Shown here: piece after piece, positions 8,080-17,206 of the stretch
Layout of the letters: each line of letters starts with the position of its first letter
Numbering within the stretch: the stretch's first letter is position 1
IMG/VR virus record: IMGVR_UViG_2778260992_000001
Reading direction: 5' to 3' (one strand)
Length of the DNA stretch: 64,000 nt
Source: a virus
Lineage: Duplodnaviria; Heunggongvirae; Uroviricota; Caudoviricetes
The notes under the pieces: generated by a model
The model's input: only the letters and a program-made list of their open reading frames with translations
The model's database searches: none
Told to the model about the DNA's origin: nothing
Position numbers and translations under genes: made by a program

Positions 8080-9765
8080 ATGAATACAGCCCTTTCCATC
8101 ATCGACGATGCCAACTCAAACACTGCTATCGATTATCGTCAGGAAATGAACGTCATCCACGAAATTGTGGCCGAGTGCGAGAAGGAGATCGCCTTCATGT
8201 ATCAGGTTCACGACTTCGTTTATGGAGACGAACGCCACAACATGATTAATCGCCTGCTGCAACTGAACCACCGACCAGATGAAGAACGCTCACGTTTGAA
8301 TCGAGCTTGGCTGGATAAAGTCGATCTGGAATGGGTGAAACAGAATATTTGGGCCGAGTACTGGAGGAAGGTCACGGATATGACTAACGTTCTGCTGATC
8401 ATGCCAGCTTCCCGTCGCGACGAGTGGCGTGAGCAGTTTATCGAGGGTAAGCAGGAAGTCATCAAAACTGACAGAACCGGCTATCAGATGAAGGTAAAAG
8501 AGTTCGTTGGTGTACCGGAGTTCAAAGCAGAAACGGTCATACCCACGATGCTTAATTTGCTGAATGACAGGCACAAATATCTCTCTGAGCGCGTGTATGG
8601 CTTGTTTAAGGCGCTGAGTCCTGCGCACAAGACAAATAAGACAAACGGTTTCAGCGAACGTCTGATAATCGCTGACTGCATTTCTGATTTCTGGCGGGAC
8701 AGCGTTAGCGTGAACTATCGCAAAGAGGACTACATCGACGATCTGCGTGTCTTGCTTCATTTCTTCGCGCACAAAGAATTTATTACCATCAACCGCACTG
8801 CTGAGGTGCTATCAGCTGCGTATAGGGCAAACGACTGCCAGACCGGTGACTGGATGAACGTCGATGGAAATCTGATGCGCGTGAAGATGTTCAAGAACGG
8901 CAACGTTCACTTTGAAATACATCCTGACGTGGCCTGGAAGTTGAATGAGGTGCTGGCTTACAGTATGCCTGCTGCAATCCCCGCGCCATGCCGAACTGCG
9001 CCAAAAACACGGGCACCAAAGCAGTTCGGTTTAATCCAGAAGACGATCTCCGTGCCGGTTCGCACTGCGCTTCGTGACGGGCGATTGAGCAAAGACAAAG
9101 GCGTATGGTACTTCTCTGATTCAGCTCTCCAGAAGTCGCAGGTGGAAGAGCTTGAGCGCACACTGAGCTTCATTGGCGGCGTGCAGGAGAAAAAGCACTG
9201 GCAGTTCCCGTATGAGATCGGCCATACGCTAAATACGATTGTGGCTACCGGATTAATACCGGATACAAAATCACACCAGTTCTACCCTACCCCACGCTTG
9301 ATTGCTGAGTACGTTGCCAGAGCCACTGAATTGAAGCCTGGTGAGAAGCTGCTGGAGCCTCAAGCCGGACGTGGGGATCTTCTGGCCTATATTAACGCCG
9401 ATCTGGAAGATGTTACCTGCATAGAAATCGCACCTCTCTTCGCTGATATCCTGCGTGGAAAAGGGTATACGAACACGATTTGCTGCGACTTCATAAAGTG
9501 GTCTGAGGACAACGCAGGTTATCAGTTCGACAAAATCGTTATGAACCCGCCGTACTCGCTTGGTCGTCATAGAGAGCACACGATGGCTGCGCTGGGGCAT
9601 CTGAAAGTCGGCGGGCGTCTTGTAGCAGTATTGCCGGGCACTGCGCCAATACTGGACTGGATGACGATGGATAATTACGTTTATGCCAGAGGGAAGTCGT
9701 TTACCAACGAGTTTGAAGATACCGGGATCACAGTCAGCGTATACGTTTTCAAACGCGTTAAATGA
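8080..9765 (+). CDS. putative DNA N6-adenine methyltransferase with large N-terminal domain of unknown function
   Basis: C-terminal region has SAM-binding-like EPQAGRGDL and catalytic NPPY (MNPPYS); N-terminal ~380 aa unassigned; perfect hairpin immediately upstream of ATG. Confidence 0.65.
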   Translation: MNTALSIIDDANSNTAIDYRQEMNVIHEIVAECEKEIAFMYQVHDFVYGDERHNMINRLLQLNHRPDEERSRLNRAWLDKVDLEWVKQNIWAEYWRKVTDMTNVLLIMPASRRDEWREQFIEGKQEVIKTDRTGYQMKVKEFVGVPEFKAETVIPTMLNLLNDRHKYLSERVYGLFKALSPAHKTNKTNGFSERLIIADCISDFWRDSVSVNYRKEDYIDDLRVLLHFFAHKEFITINRTAEVLSAAYRANDCQTGDWMNVDGNLMRVKMFKNGNVHFEIHPDVAWKLNEVLAYSMPAAIPAPCRTAPKTRAPKQFGLIQKTISVPVRTALRDGRLSKDKGVWYFSDSALQKSQVEELERTLSFIGGVQEKKHWQFPYEIGHTLNTIVATGLIPDTKSHQFYPTPRLIAEYVARATELKPGEKLLEPQAGRGDLLAYINADLEDVTCIEIAPLFADILRGKGYTNTICCDFIKWSEDNAGYQFDKIVMNPPYSLGRHREHTMAALGHLKVGGRLVAVLPGTAPILDWMTMDNYVYARGKSFTNEFEDTGITVSVYVFKRVK

Positions 9766-9766
9766 T

Positions 9767-9785
9767 AGGTAAATACTTACTTAAT
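9767..9785. promoter_or_regulatory. palindromic site, class 2 (TAGGTAAGTA..TACTTACCTA)
   Basis: taggtaaatacttacttaa between 8080..9765 and 9827..10531. Confidence 0.45.
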
Positions 9786-9826
9786 TTGTGTAAGAATGTA
9801 GTAACTAAACGAGAAGAGAAAAACAC

Positions 9827-10531
9827 ATGAGCAACCTCCAGTTAGAGCATTTTAACGTCACAGGCCGTTCTGATTTTCCTTTCAAGTTTACATTGAAAGG
9901 TTATGCAGAGGATGCGGTAGGCCAGATCATTATTGATAAAGGCATCGTTAAGTTTGAGGGGGATTTTGATGAATCCGCGAAAACATTCATAGACTTCGTT
10001 GCCAAACGTTGGAGCGAGCAATGGAAAAACCTGGAAAAGCGCGCCAATGAGTTTGATCGGTTCATGGATGCAATGGATACAGCAAAAGAGGCTCTTGATG
10101 CCGGGACTCCGTTAGATCTGGAGTCACTTTTCAACGGCGAAGTGGCCTCTGCGATGTTTGCCACCATGTTCGCGGGTGAGTTCGTCCGCAGCGGTGCCAA
10201 AAACTACCTTGAGCTGGATTACAACGTCCCTGCAATTGGCGATTTCGTCGTTACCATCCAACGCAAAGAAGGTAAGACGCCAGGTGAACGCGTCGCAGAG
10301 CTTGAGGCCGTTGTGGATCAGCGTAACGGAGAGTGTGACCGTTTGATCAACGAGCTTCATGCACTTCGGGAAGAAAGAATATGTGCGGGTAGCAAGACAC
10401 GTAATGCAGCGGATATCTACTTCCAGTTAGTTGAGGAATGCCAGATTCCACCAGGTGGCTCTCTTGTCGATTACGTCAGACATTTAATGGCGGAAGTTAA
10501 CTCCAGCCATAAAGATGGTGAGGTGCGCTGA
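9827..10531 (+). CDS. hypothetical protein
   Basis: 234-aa ORF, RBS gagaag. Confidence 0.5.
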   Translation: MSNLQLEHFNVTGRSDFPFKFTLKGYAEDAVGQIIIDKGIVKFEGDFDESAKTFIDFVAKRWSEQWKNLEKRANEFDRFMDAMDTAKEALDAGTPLDLESLFNGEVASAMFATMFAGEFVRSGAKNYLELDYNVPAIGDFVVTIQRKEGKTPGERVAELEAVVDQRNGECDRLINELHALREERICAGSKTRNAADIYFQLVEECQIPPGGSLVDYVRHLMAEVNSSHKDGEVR

Positions 10532-10911
10532 TGTTTGGCATTGACGCACAGCGTATAGCCGCTTTTGCAAAAAGCCCTCTTGATAATCCCTTGTCTCGTA
10601 GTGAGCAAATGGAGCTGGCAAGGCTTTTTCTTCACATTCAAAAACAGGCAGACATTTTCAATAACATGCCTAATCAACCTATTCTGGATGGTCACATCCA
10701 GATGGTCATTAACAGTCATGAGAAAGGCTGGGCTGCAATCGTCCCCTGCACAATTACATACAAGTTGGCGAAAGAGGTTCAAGAGTTTCGAAAAGCCAGT
10801 GTCGAATCGGAGTCTACCAAAGCCGCAATAAACACTCTTATTCGCATGGGGTTCACATGGACCGGTGGAGCCTACTGGCAAGCACCTCACCCCATTTTAT
10901 CCGGCAATTAG
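10531..10911 (+). CDS. hypothetical protein
   Basis: 126-aa ORF overlapping upstream stop (ATGA coupling). Confidence 0.45.
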   Translation: MFGIDAQRIAAFAKSPLDNPLSRSEQMELARLFLHIQKQADIFNNMPNQPILDGHIQMVINSHEKGWAAIVPCTITYKLAKEVQEFRKASVESESTKAAINTLIRMGFTWTGGAYWQAPHPILSGN

Positions 10912-10941
10912 ACGCTACAAATCCTTCGGCATGAATAAATA

Positions 10942-10962
10942 AAGGCCATAAGTTGTGGCCTT
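10942..10962 (+). terminator. terminator-like hairpin
   Basis: aaggccataagttgtggcctt followed by A/T-rich run. Confidence 0.45.
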
Positions 10963-11030
10963 AAATAAATTGTTTTCTACATTTTCTTATTTGTGAAAAT
11001 AACCACAACTAGAAAACAACGGAGTTAAGA

Positions 11031-11672
11031 ATGTCTAGTATTTCCGAAGCTCATATGTTCGCCGCTGGCGCTCATGGTGGCGTTGGTCAGAAAAGAAAAT
11101 ATACCGGCGAAGACTACATCAACCACCCGGTTGCTGTCCGAGAGATTGTTGCATTGCATGACGGAACCGTGGAGATGCAAATCGCGGCGCTTCTGCATGA
11201 TGTGGTCGAAGACACCCATGTAACCATAGAGATGGTTCGTGATCACTTCGGTGAGCGCGTAGCTGAAATGGTTCAGGCTCTGACCAACATTGCAAGGCCA
11301 GAAGACGGCAATCGAATACAGCGTTTCATCATCAATGTCCGGGAGCTGGAGCAAAATCTCGACATGCAGACGCGCATGATCAAGCTGGCTGACCTGCTCG
11401 ACAATACCTCTTCTATCGTGAGTCGCGATCCCGAGTTTTCAGCTGTCTACCTCGCAGAGAAAGAACTGATGCTGGACGTACTCTTTCACGGCAAAGAGAT
11501 TGGTGCCAATGCTGATGTTGTCGAGTACATGGAGAGGATAGGTATAGAACACCCGTTGCTATTAAGCGCAATGGCGAAAGTCACTGAAGGTATTGCGCTT
11601 CTGAAACCGGTACACATCAAACGTTATGAAAAACACAAATCGCTGATCTGGAGCGCGTGGGAGGCTGCATGA
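11031..11672 (+). CDS. HD-domain phosphohydrolase, RelA/SpoT-type (putative small alarmone (p)ppGpp hydrolase)
   Basis: HD signature LLHDVVEDT plus upstream H..H metal-binding context; 213 aa, no synthetase domain. Confidence 0.6.
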   Translation: MSSISEAHMFAAGAHGGVGQKRKYTGEDYINHPVAVREIVALHDGTVEMQIAALLHDVVEDTHVTIEMVRDHFGERVAEMVQALTNIARPEDGNRIQRFIINVRELEQNLDMQTRMIKLADLLDNTSSIVSRDPEFSAVYLAEKELMLDVLFHGKEIGANADVVEYMERIGIEHPLLLSAMAKVTEGIALLKPVHIKRYEKHKSLIWSAWEAA

Positions 11673-12211
11673 AGGTCGAAAAAATAGATGTTCTTTCCTT
11701 TGTGCTGACGGATCTGGAACGCCTCGATCCGGTTCGAGTGATGATTGAAAACTACGAACCTGGTAAGGGAAGAATCACCATCACCTGCTACGGAAAAGCG
11801 TGGACTGCGGCTTGGTTTGCTATGGGCGGTGATGATGTGCAGACGTTCATTAAGCGAGTTAGCAACGATTATCTAATCGACAATTTCGACCCTCAACTGC
11901 TAAGCACGGTCGACGATGACAACGATGCAAATCTGCTTTTCGTAAAGTCAGAAATCATAAAGTTACGAAGAGAGAGAGAAATAGACGCCGTACTGGCTCG
12001 CGAAATGTGGGACGAGGCGGAAAACGCCGATGACGTAAAAGAAAGCTGCTGTTGTTTCGGCGTCGGTAACAAACTGCTGAATCTCTTTGGTGATGATCCG
12101 TGGTATGCCGACTGGCCAACGGTACCAAACCCGAAATACCAGTATCTGGAACGCATTGTGAACGCGGTACGTGAAGGGCTGAAAGAGTTAGATAAGTTAG
12201 AGGCATCGTAA
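11669..12211 (+). CDS. hypothetical protein
   Basis: ATGA overlap with upstream gene, RBS ggaggctg. Confidence 0.5.
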   Translation: MKVEKIDVLSFVLTDLERLDPVRVMIENYEPGKGRITITCYGKAWTAAWFAMGGDDVQTFIKRVSNDYLIDNFDPQLLSTVDDDNDANLLFVKSEIIKLRREREIDAVLAREMWDEAENADDVKESCCCFGVGNKLLNLFGDDPWYADWPTVPNPKYQYLERIVNAVREGLKELDKLEAS

Positions 12212-12624
12212 TGAGAGAGAAAATCAAGAACCCGGTCGTCGTATTGTATAAACGGGAAACCAGCGATTCTTATGCGGTATCCATCACTGATGGAAGCCAG
12301 AACATGCACGATGGTCTGCTAATGGCCTCCGTATCTCCTGATGATTCTGACTACCCTTTCGCCACTTTCGCTATGGTTGGTTACTACATGGCTGCCGAAA
12401 TTGAGAAGTTGCGTGTTGAGCTGGAGACCGTTAAACAGCGGGAAAAGGATCTGTTTATGGAAAATGTTCGACTTAAGTCAGGTATAGCAGGTCTGATACA
12501 CCTCGGTATTCGATATGCGGATGTCGAAGTCATGAAAATAGCTGGAGATGCCCAGCTTTCTACTCCCTGTACTGACAGCATCATAAACAGTATTGCATCA
12601 GGCGTTTTCACCAAAGAGGGTTAG
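12211..12624 (+). CDS. hypothetical protein
   Basis: 137-aa ORF, translationally coupled. Confidence 0.45.
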   Translation: MREKIKNPVVVLYKRETSDSYAVSITDGSQNMHDGLLMASVSPDDSDYPFATFAMVGYYMAAEIEKLRVELETVKQREKDLFMENVRLKSGIAGLIHLGIRYADVEVMKIAGDAQLSTPCTDSIINSIASGVFTKEG

Positions 12625-12625
12625 C

Positions 12626-12814
12626 ATGATGAGAACAGTAGAAGTTCGCGCTGAAGATGTAATCCCAGGTGATGTGGTCATAACATCTAAAGGCAAACGA
12701 TGTGCGGTTAAATCTTTCTGGATGGAAGGTGACAAAGTGACTCTGTTCGGTACGGATGGTTCCGAAACGGATTATGACTACGACGAATTGCTTGTTGTTG
12801 AGAGAGCTGCCTAA
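12626..12814 (+). CDS. hypothetical small protein
   Basis: 62-aa ORF in operon context. Confidence 0.35.
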   Translation: MMRTVEVRAEDVIPGDVVITSKGKRCAVKSFWMEGDKVTLFGTDGSETDYDYDELLVVERAA

Positions 12815-13518
12815 TGACCACCTTTACCAAAGAACAGTTAATCTCCCATGCACGCGAAAGCGTTAGTTATCTGGAAAACTTGAAAGGACGTGTTAGCAAA
12901 GAAGGTGCGGACTGCAAAGTTGTTCTTGAGATGGTTGAACGAGATCTAGAACTGGCACGAATTGCACTGGCCTCGCTTGAGGCAAAACCAATAGGTGCAT
13001 TCCACATTGCAGAACAGCAAGTTGACGGCACAAGTGACTACCTCAAGGATGGAGAATGGCCTATTGATAATGGAATTATTGAGGTCTACGCCGCCCCACC
13101 CATTCCAGTAGTACCTGAAGAAAAACCAATGCCTAACCCTCTTAAAATGTACGCGGTCGATGCTGTTGCCGCTATTGCAGAGGTGAGAGGCTGGAACGCC
13201 TGTCGTGCCGCCATGCTTCAGAGTCAAGATAGTGGCATTAAGGATAGCTGGATAAGCTGTAGTGAGCGAATGCCTGTAATCGGCGAGCTAAATTGGAGAA
13301 CTGGTTTTCCTTTGCTGATTACGTGTGAGATCGGCGTTATACCAGCTTATTACGGCTTTGTGAGCGTTAATGGGGGTAAGCATTATGGTTTTATGGAAAG
13401 TTTTAAATACGGAGACGATCGCGGCGGCCATCCTCAAACTAATGAATATGGACTGATTAGCAACGTAACCCATTGGATGCCGCTACCAGAACCTCCGCAG
13501 GAGTCGCAGAGTGAATAA
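12814..13518 (+). CDS. hypothetical protein
   Basis: 234-aa ORF, ATGA-coupled. Confidence 0.5.
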   Translation: MTTFTKEQLISHARESVSYLENLKGRVSKEGADCKVVLEMVERDLELARIALASLEAKPIGAFHIAEQQVDGTSDYLKDGEWPIDNGIIEVYAAPPIPVVPEEKPMPNPLKMYAVDAVAAIAEVRGWNACRAAMLQSQDSGIKDSWISCSERMPVIGELNWRTGFPLLITCEIGVIPAYYGFVSVNGGKHYGFMESFKYGDDRGGHPQTNEYGLISNVTHWMPLPEPPQESQSE

Positions 13519-13717
13519 AGCAGAGTTATTTCAGAAAATATCGGCTCTCGCGACTGAATGTCACGCTATAGCATCTGAGCTTGATGTTGGCGGTGAACGA
13601 ACCGAGATGTTCGAAATATACAGTGTGCTGCGCAATCTCTGTCGGCGTGGCTACGCTACTCAGGTAGGGCGAATGACTAACCCACTACTTTCATTCTGTG
13701 ATGAGGATGACGAATGA
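13511..13717 (+). CDS. hypothetical small protein
   Basis: 68-aa ORF overlapping neighbours. Confidence 0.35.
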   Translation: MNKAELFQKISALATECHAIASELDVGGERTEMFEIYSVLRNLCRRGYATQVGRMTNPLLSFCDEDDE

Positions 13718-14097
13718 TGCATAAATCAGTAGCCGGTGAGCTTCAGAAGGAAGTCGATAATACCACTGATCTATTGGACGATATTTTAAGCATTCTCGCG
13801 CTGCTTGAGGCTGGCGATTGGTCAGAACATTGCACTAAAACAGAGCTAGGCGGTCGGCTTGAAAGAGAGATTACACGACTGATTAGCGATGCCCAAAATG
13901 ATTTGTCACCTGAGCATCTCCCCTGCGATGTAGTTCTTGTGCCAGGGATGAGGATACACGAAGGCGTCAGAACGAAAACATTATTAACCGCATTACAGAG
14001 AAGAGCCGAACTAAGCTCGCGGATAAAGTTGATGCCATCCAAAATATTTGATGTCGTCAAATTTACGCCATCGCAACATACTGAGAGAGATAAATGA
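13714..14097 (+). CDS. hypothetical protein
   Basis: 127-aa ORF, coupled. Confidence 0.45.
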   Translation: MMHKSVAGELQKEVDNTTDLLDDILSILALLEAGDWSEHCTKTELGGRLEREITRLISDAQNDLSPEHLPCDVVLVPGMRIHEGVRTKTLLTALQRRAELSSRIKLMPSKIFDVVKFTPSQHTERDK

Positions 14098-14720
14098 GCA
14101 CGGTAGCGAAAGATCTCACAGAAGATATTCTCAATGAAATTATTGCTGGTGCAAATACCTCGCTTGAGCAACTTCTTGCGTTAGCACTGAGAGCCGAACG
14201 TCGAGACAGAAATCGTTTTTATGAGCGATTACCAGGGAAGCGACCAGATAGATCGGATGAAGAAGGTTGCGATATAGACTACATGGAGCCTTCAGAGATT
14301 TATCAACTTGGTAAAGATGACGGCTGGAACGCTTATCACGATGCTGTGATGAAGTTGGATGAAAAAGTTAAACCTCTTTCTCGACCGGTAGATCACGGTT
14401 TCCGCGATAACTGCGAATGCTCTAGTTGCCAGACCACGGCCCGTATTTGTTCCGAATTGACAGATAAGTCCAGCCTAATCTACGAAGTTAATGTAGGCGG
14501 TAATACATGGGTCGAATGCACAAGAGCTGCATACGTAAGAGCAAAAGACAAGGGTGAATTAACCAGAGTTGTTACCCATCACCCAAATAATGAGCTTAAA
14601 GATCACCAGATTAGAGAACTGGTGAACGAGTTGCGGGATATTGCGGTTCAGTACCACGGAGCGCAGCAATTGCGGGAGAAAATTGCCAGAGCAGTGAACA
14701 ACTCAGTCCGTAAAAAATAA
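14094..14720 (+). CDS. hypothetical protein
   Basis: 208-aa ORF, last gene of operon before hairpin. Confidence 0.5.
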   Translation: MSTVAKDLTEDILNEIIAGANTSLEQLLALALRAERRDRNRFYERLPGKRPDRSDEEGCDIDYMEPSEIYQLGKDDGWNAYHDAVMKLDEKVKPLSRPVDHGFRDNCECSSCQTTARICSELTDKSSLIYEVNVGGNTWVECTRAAYVRAKDKGELTRVVTHHPNNELKDHQIRELVNELRDIAVQYHGAQQLREKIARAVNNSVRKK

Positions 14721-14737
14721 GCAATAGTACGATAAAG

Positions 14738-14762
14738 AGGCCCCATGCTCTTGATGGGGCCT
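14738..14762 (+). terminator. terminator-like hairpin
   Basis: aggccccatgctcttgatggggcct. Confidence 0.4.
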
Positions 14763-15160
14763 GTAGCAACTAGCGTTATGGACGCTGGTTTACGTACTCA
14801 ATGATCGCTTTGATAATCGCGAACATCGGCGGCACGATTTTGAACAGTAAGTTAACCATAACAGGCCTCACTTAGTTTTATCGCGCCTAGCTGCAAATAC
14901 CTTTGGGCTTGCCTTTGCAGTTGCAATATCTGTAGTCGCCAGATACTTACGGCACGATTTCGAGTTAAGGTAAGGTTTTAGAGTCACCAAAAACCTGGAC
15001 TTAAATCTTCTTTGAGAACAACGATGTTTGGTAAATGGTCATTATTACCTAGCATGACGGCTCAACGTTTCTTGATGAATCCAGTACATTCGGTTAATCT
15101 TAGCTCAGTCGCCAGATACTTATGGCTCAGGAACAGAGGCGCAAACTCTGTTTCCTTTTA
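14763..15160. repeat. ORF-poor region with duplicated ~20-bp modules
   Basis: agtcgccagatactta at ~14934 and ~15105; ggcacgattt at ~14826 and ~14952. Confidence 0.35.
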
Positions 15161-15162
15161 AA

Positions 15163-15190
15163 AAGCCCAGCCTAGTCAACTGGGCTTTTT
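15163..15190. terminator. bidirectional rho-independent terminator
   Basis: aaaaagcccagcctagtcaactgggcttttt (A-run, GC stem, T-run). Confidence 0.55.
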
Positions 15191-15485
15191 AATGTCCGTT
15201 TTTAACCAAATGTACCCACAATACCGCAACATCAGTGTCTTGCGAATTAAGATAGGATTTATAGAGACTATGTGCAAGTGCATAACTTTGTGGATAACTC
15301 GTAAAGGAAAAAGTGGTTTCCGCGGACATTAGTTCAGACAAGGAGTCTGGGAAAGTCAATGGGAAGTAAAAATTTGTTAAAAATAACGTTTGTTGGAATT
15401 GTATATATTTATGCCTTTCAATAGTTAGCATCTTATTAACATCTTTTTTAAGAGATAGAGTTCAAAAATATATAGCTTCAACATA

Positions 15486-15505
15486 TACTGTATGCATATA
15501 CAGTA
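15486..15505. promoter_or_regulatory. LexA (SOS) box
   Basis: tactgtatgcatatacagta fits CTGT-N8-ACAG, ~17 bp upstream of the UmuD'-like ATG. Confidence 0.7.
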
Positions 15506-15521
15506 TTAAGAGGCGAGTATT

Positions 15522-15911
15522 ATGGGCTTCCCTTCTCCTGCGGCGGATTATGCTGAGAGCCGTATTTCTCTTGATCAGCAGATAATTAGACATCCTTCAG
15601 CGACCTACTTCATGAGGGCAGCTGATAGTCATCATCGTGAGGGAATATTACAGGGTGCATTGCTGGTGGTCGATTCCTCACTTACCCCGGTTGATGGTTC
15701 TCTGCTTGTATGCGCTCTGGATGGGGAATATCGCGTAAAAAGATACCGGAAGTATCCACGTCAGCATCTGGAGGATTTAAGAACCGGTAAGAAGGAAGCA
15801 TTGCCAAAGGATGACGATGGATGCACGGGCAGCAATGCCGTGTTTGGTGTGATCACTCACATTATCAACGACGCAAGAAGTGGCGAGTTTGATGATTGTC
15901 CCGTGATGTAG
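15522..15911 (+). CDS. UmuD'-like (HumD-like) S24 peptidase-fold protein, pre-processed form
   Basis: begins MGFPSPAADY, i.e. at the position equivalent to the UmuD Cys-Gly cleavage site; contains conserved Ser (ADSHH) and a candidate Lys (RVKRYRK); no umuC downstream. Confidence 0.65.
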   Translation: MGFPSPAADYAESRISLDQQIIRHPSATYFMRAADSHHREGILQGALLVVDSSLTPVDGSLLVCALDGEYRVKRYRKYPRQHLEDLRTGKKEALPKDDDGCTGSNAVFGVITHIINDARSGEFDDCPVM

Positions 15912-15922
15912 GAGAACTGATT

Positions 15923-15948
15923 AGGCGGTGCAATGCACCGCCTTTTTA
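15923..15948. terminator. bidirectional terminator between UmuD'-like gene and apbC
   Basis: aggcggtgcaatgcaccgcct followed by ttttt. Confidence 0.5.
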
Positions 15949-17049
15949 TCACACTGCGCGGAATGCGATTTCGCCAGGTATTACTTCACCTTGCCAATAC
16001 ATTTGGGCAGCAACGCGATCTGCGAGGTCACGATAAATAGCCGTAAATTCGCTATCTGGACGACTAATAACGGTTGGTGTTCCGTTATCCAGATCTTCAC
16101 GAAGAGAGATATGAAGTGGCATTTGGCCTAACAACTGCGTGTTGTATTTCTCGGCCAGTTTCTGTGCGCCACCGGTGCCAAAAATTGGCTCGTGATGACC
16201 GCAGTTACTGCAAATATGCACACTCATGTTTTCAACGATACCCAGTACCGGCACTTCGACTTTTTCGAACATCACAATGCCTTTCTTCGCATCGATCAGC
16301 GCGATGTCTTGCGGCGTAGTTACCACAACCGCACCAGTTACAGGAATGTTCTGCGCCAGCGTCAACTGAATATCACCAGTGCCCGGCGGCATATCGAGAA
16401 CGAGATAGTCCAGATCAGGCCACAGTGTTTCCTGCAACATCTGCATCAGCGCCTTGCTGGCCATCGGTCCACGCCACACCATTGCATTGTCGTCGGTGAC
16501 CAGATAACCAATAGAGTTGGTTGCCAGGCCATGAGACATGATAGGTGCCATGTGAGTACCGTCAGGTGAGGTTGGACGTTGGTTTTCCGAGCCCAGCATG
16601 GTTGGAATTGATGGACCATAGATATCGGCATCCAAAATACCAACTTTCGCACCTTCAGCAGCCAACGCCAGTGCCAGGTTTACCGCCGTGGAGGATTTAC
16701 CCACGCCGCCCTTGCCTGAGCTGACGGCGATAATGTTCTTCACGCCATTAATGCCTGGTTGGTTTTTGACGCGCTTAAGCGTGGCAATGTTGTACGACAG
16801 CTTCCAGTCAATAGCCTTTGCGCCAGTGATACGGAGCAGATCACCACTACATTGCTCTTTCAGGTCTTCAAAAGGCTTATTCCACACGAAAGGCATGATT
16901 AGTTCGACATGCAGTGTGTCATCCATCAACGCAACATGGTGTAACGCTTTAAGCGTAGTCAGGTTGTGTTTCAGGGTTGGGTGCTGAAAATTAGCCAGCG
17001 TACCGGCTACCATTGCTCTCAGGGCATCCGGCGATTTGGACTCGCTCAT
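15949..17049 (-). CDS. apbC: iron-sulfur cluster carrier ATPase ApbC/Mrp
   Basis: 366-aa translation with Mrp/NBP35 P-loop SSGKGGVGKS and CxxC (CSNCGHH); recognised as enterobacterial Mrp from recall. Confidence 0.9.
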   Translation of the reverse strand: MSESKSPDALRAMVAGTLANFQHPTLKHNLTTLKALHHVALMDDTLHVELIMPFVWNKPFEDLKEQCSGDLLRITGAKAIDWKLSYNIATLKRVKNQPGINGVKNIIAVSSGKGGVGKSSTAVNLALALAAEGAKVGILDADIYGPSIPTMLGSENQRPTSPDGTHMAPIMSHGLATNSIGYLVTDDNAMVWRGPMASKALMQMLQETLWPDLDYLVLDMPPGTGDIQLTLAQNIPVTGAVVVTTPQDIALIDAKKGIVMFEKVEVPVLGIVENMSVHICSNCGHHEPIFGTGGAQKLAEKYNTQLLGQMPLHISLREDLDNGTPTVISRPDSEFTAIYRDLADRVAAQMYWQGEVIPGEIAFRAV

Positions 17050-17206
17050 CCCGTCTCCTTTATTTTAATTTGCGCAATTGTCGCCTTGTAGTGTACTCCA
17101 GCTACGACATTTAATCATTTATGAGAAATGCTGTTATCACATGGCAGACATAAGGCCATTTTGTTACTATCAAGCCCCTTTTCACTACAAAGAAGTAATG
17201 CCTACT

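Noticed and set aside
14763-15160. Possible tRNA or attP site in the ORF-free spacer
   Set aside because: No cloverleaf with a T-loop (GTTCRANYC) could be folded by eye, and no integrase is present in the window.
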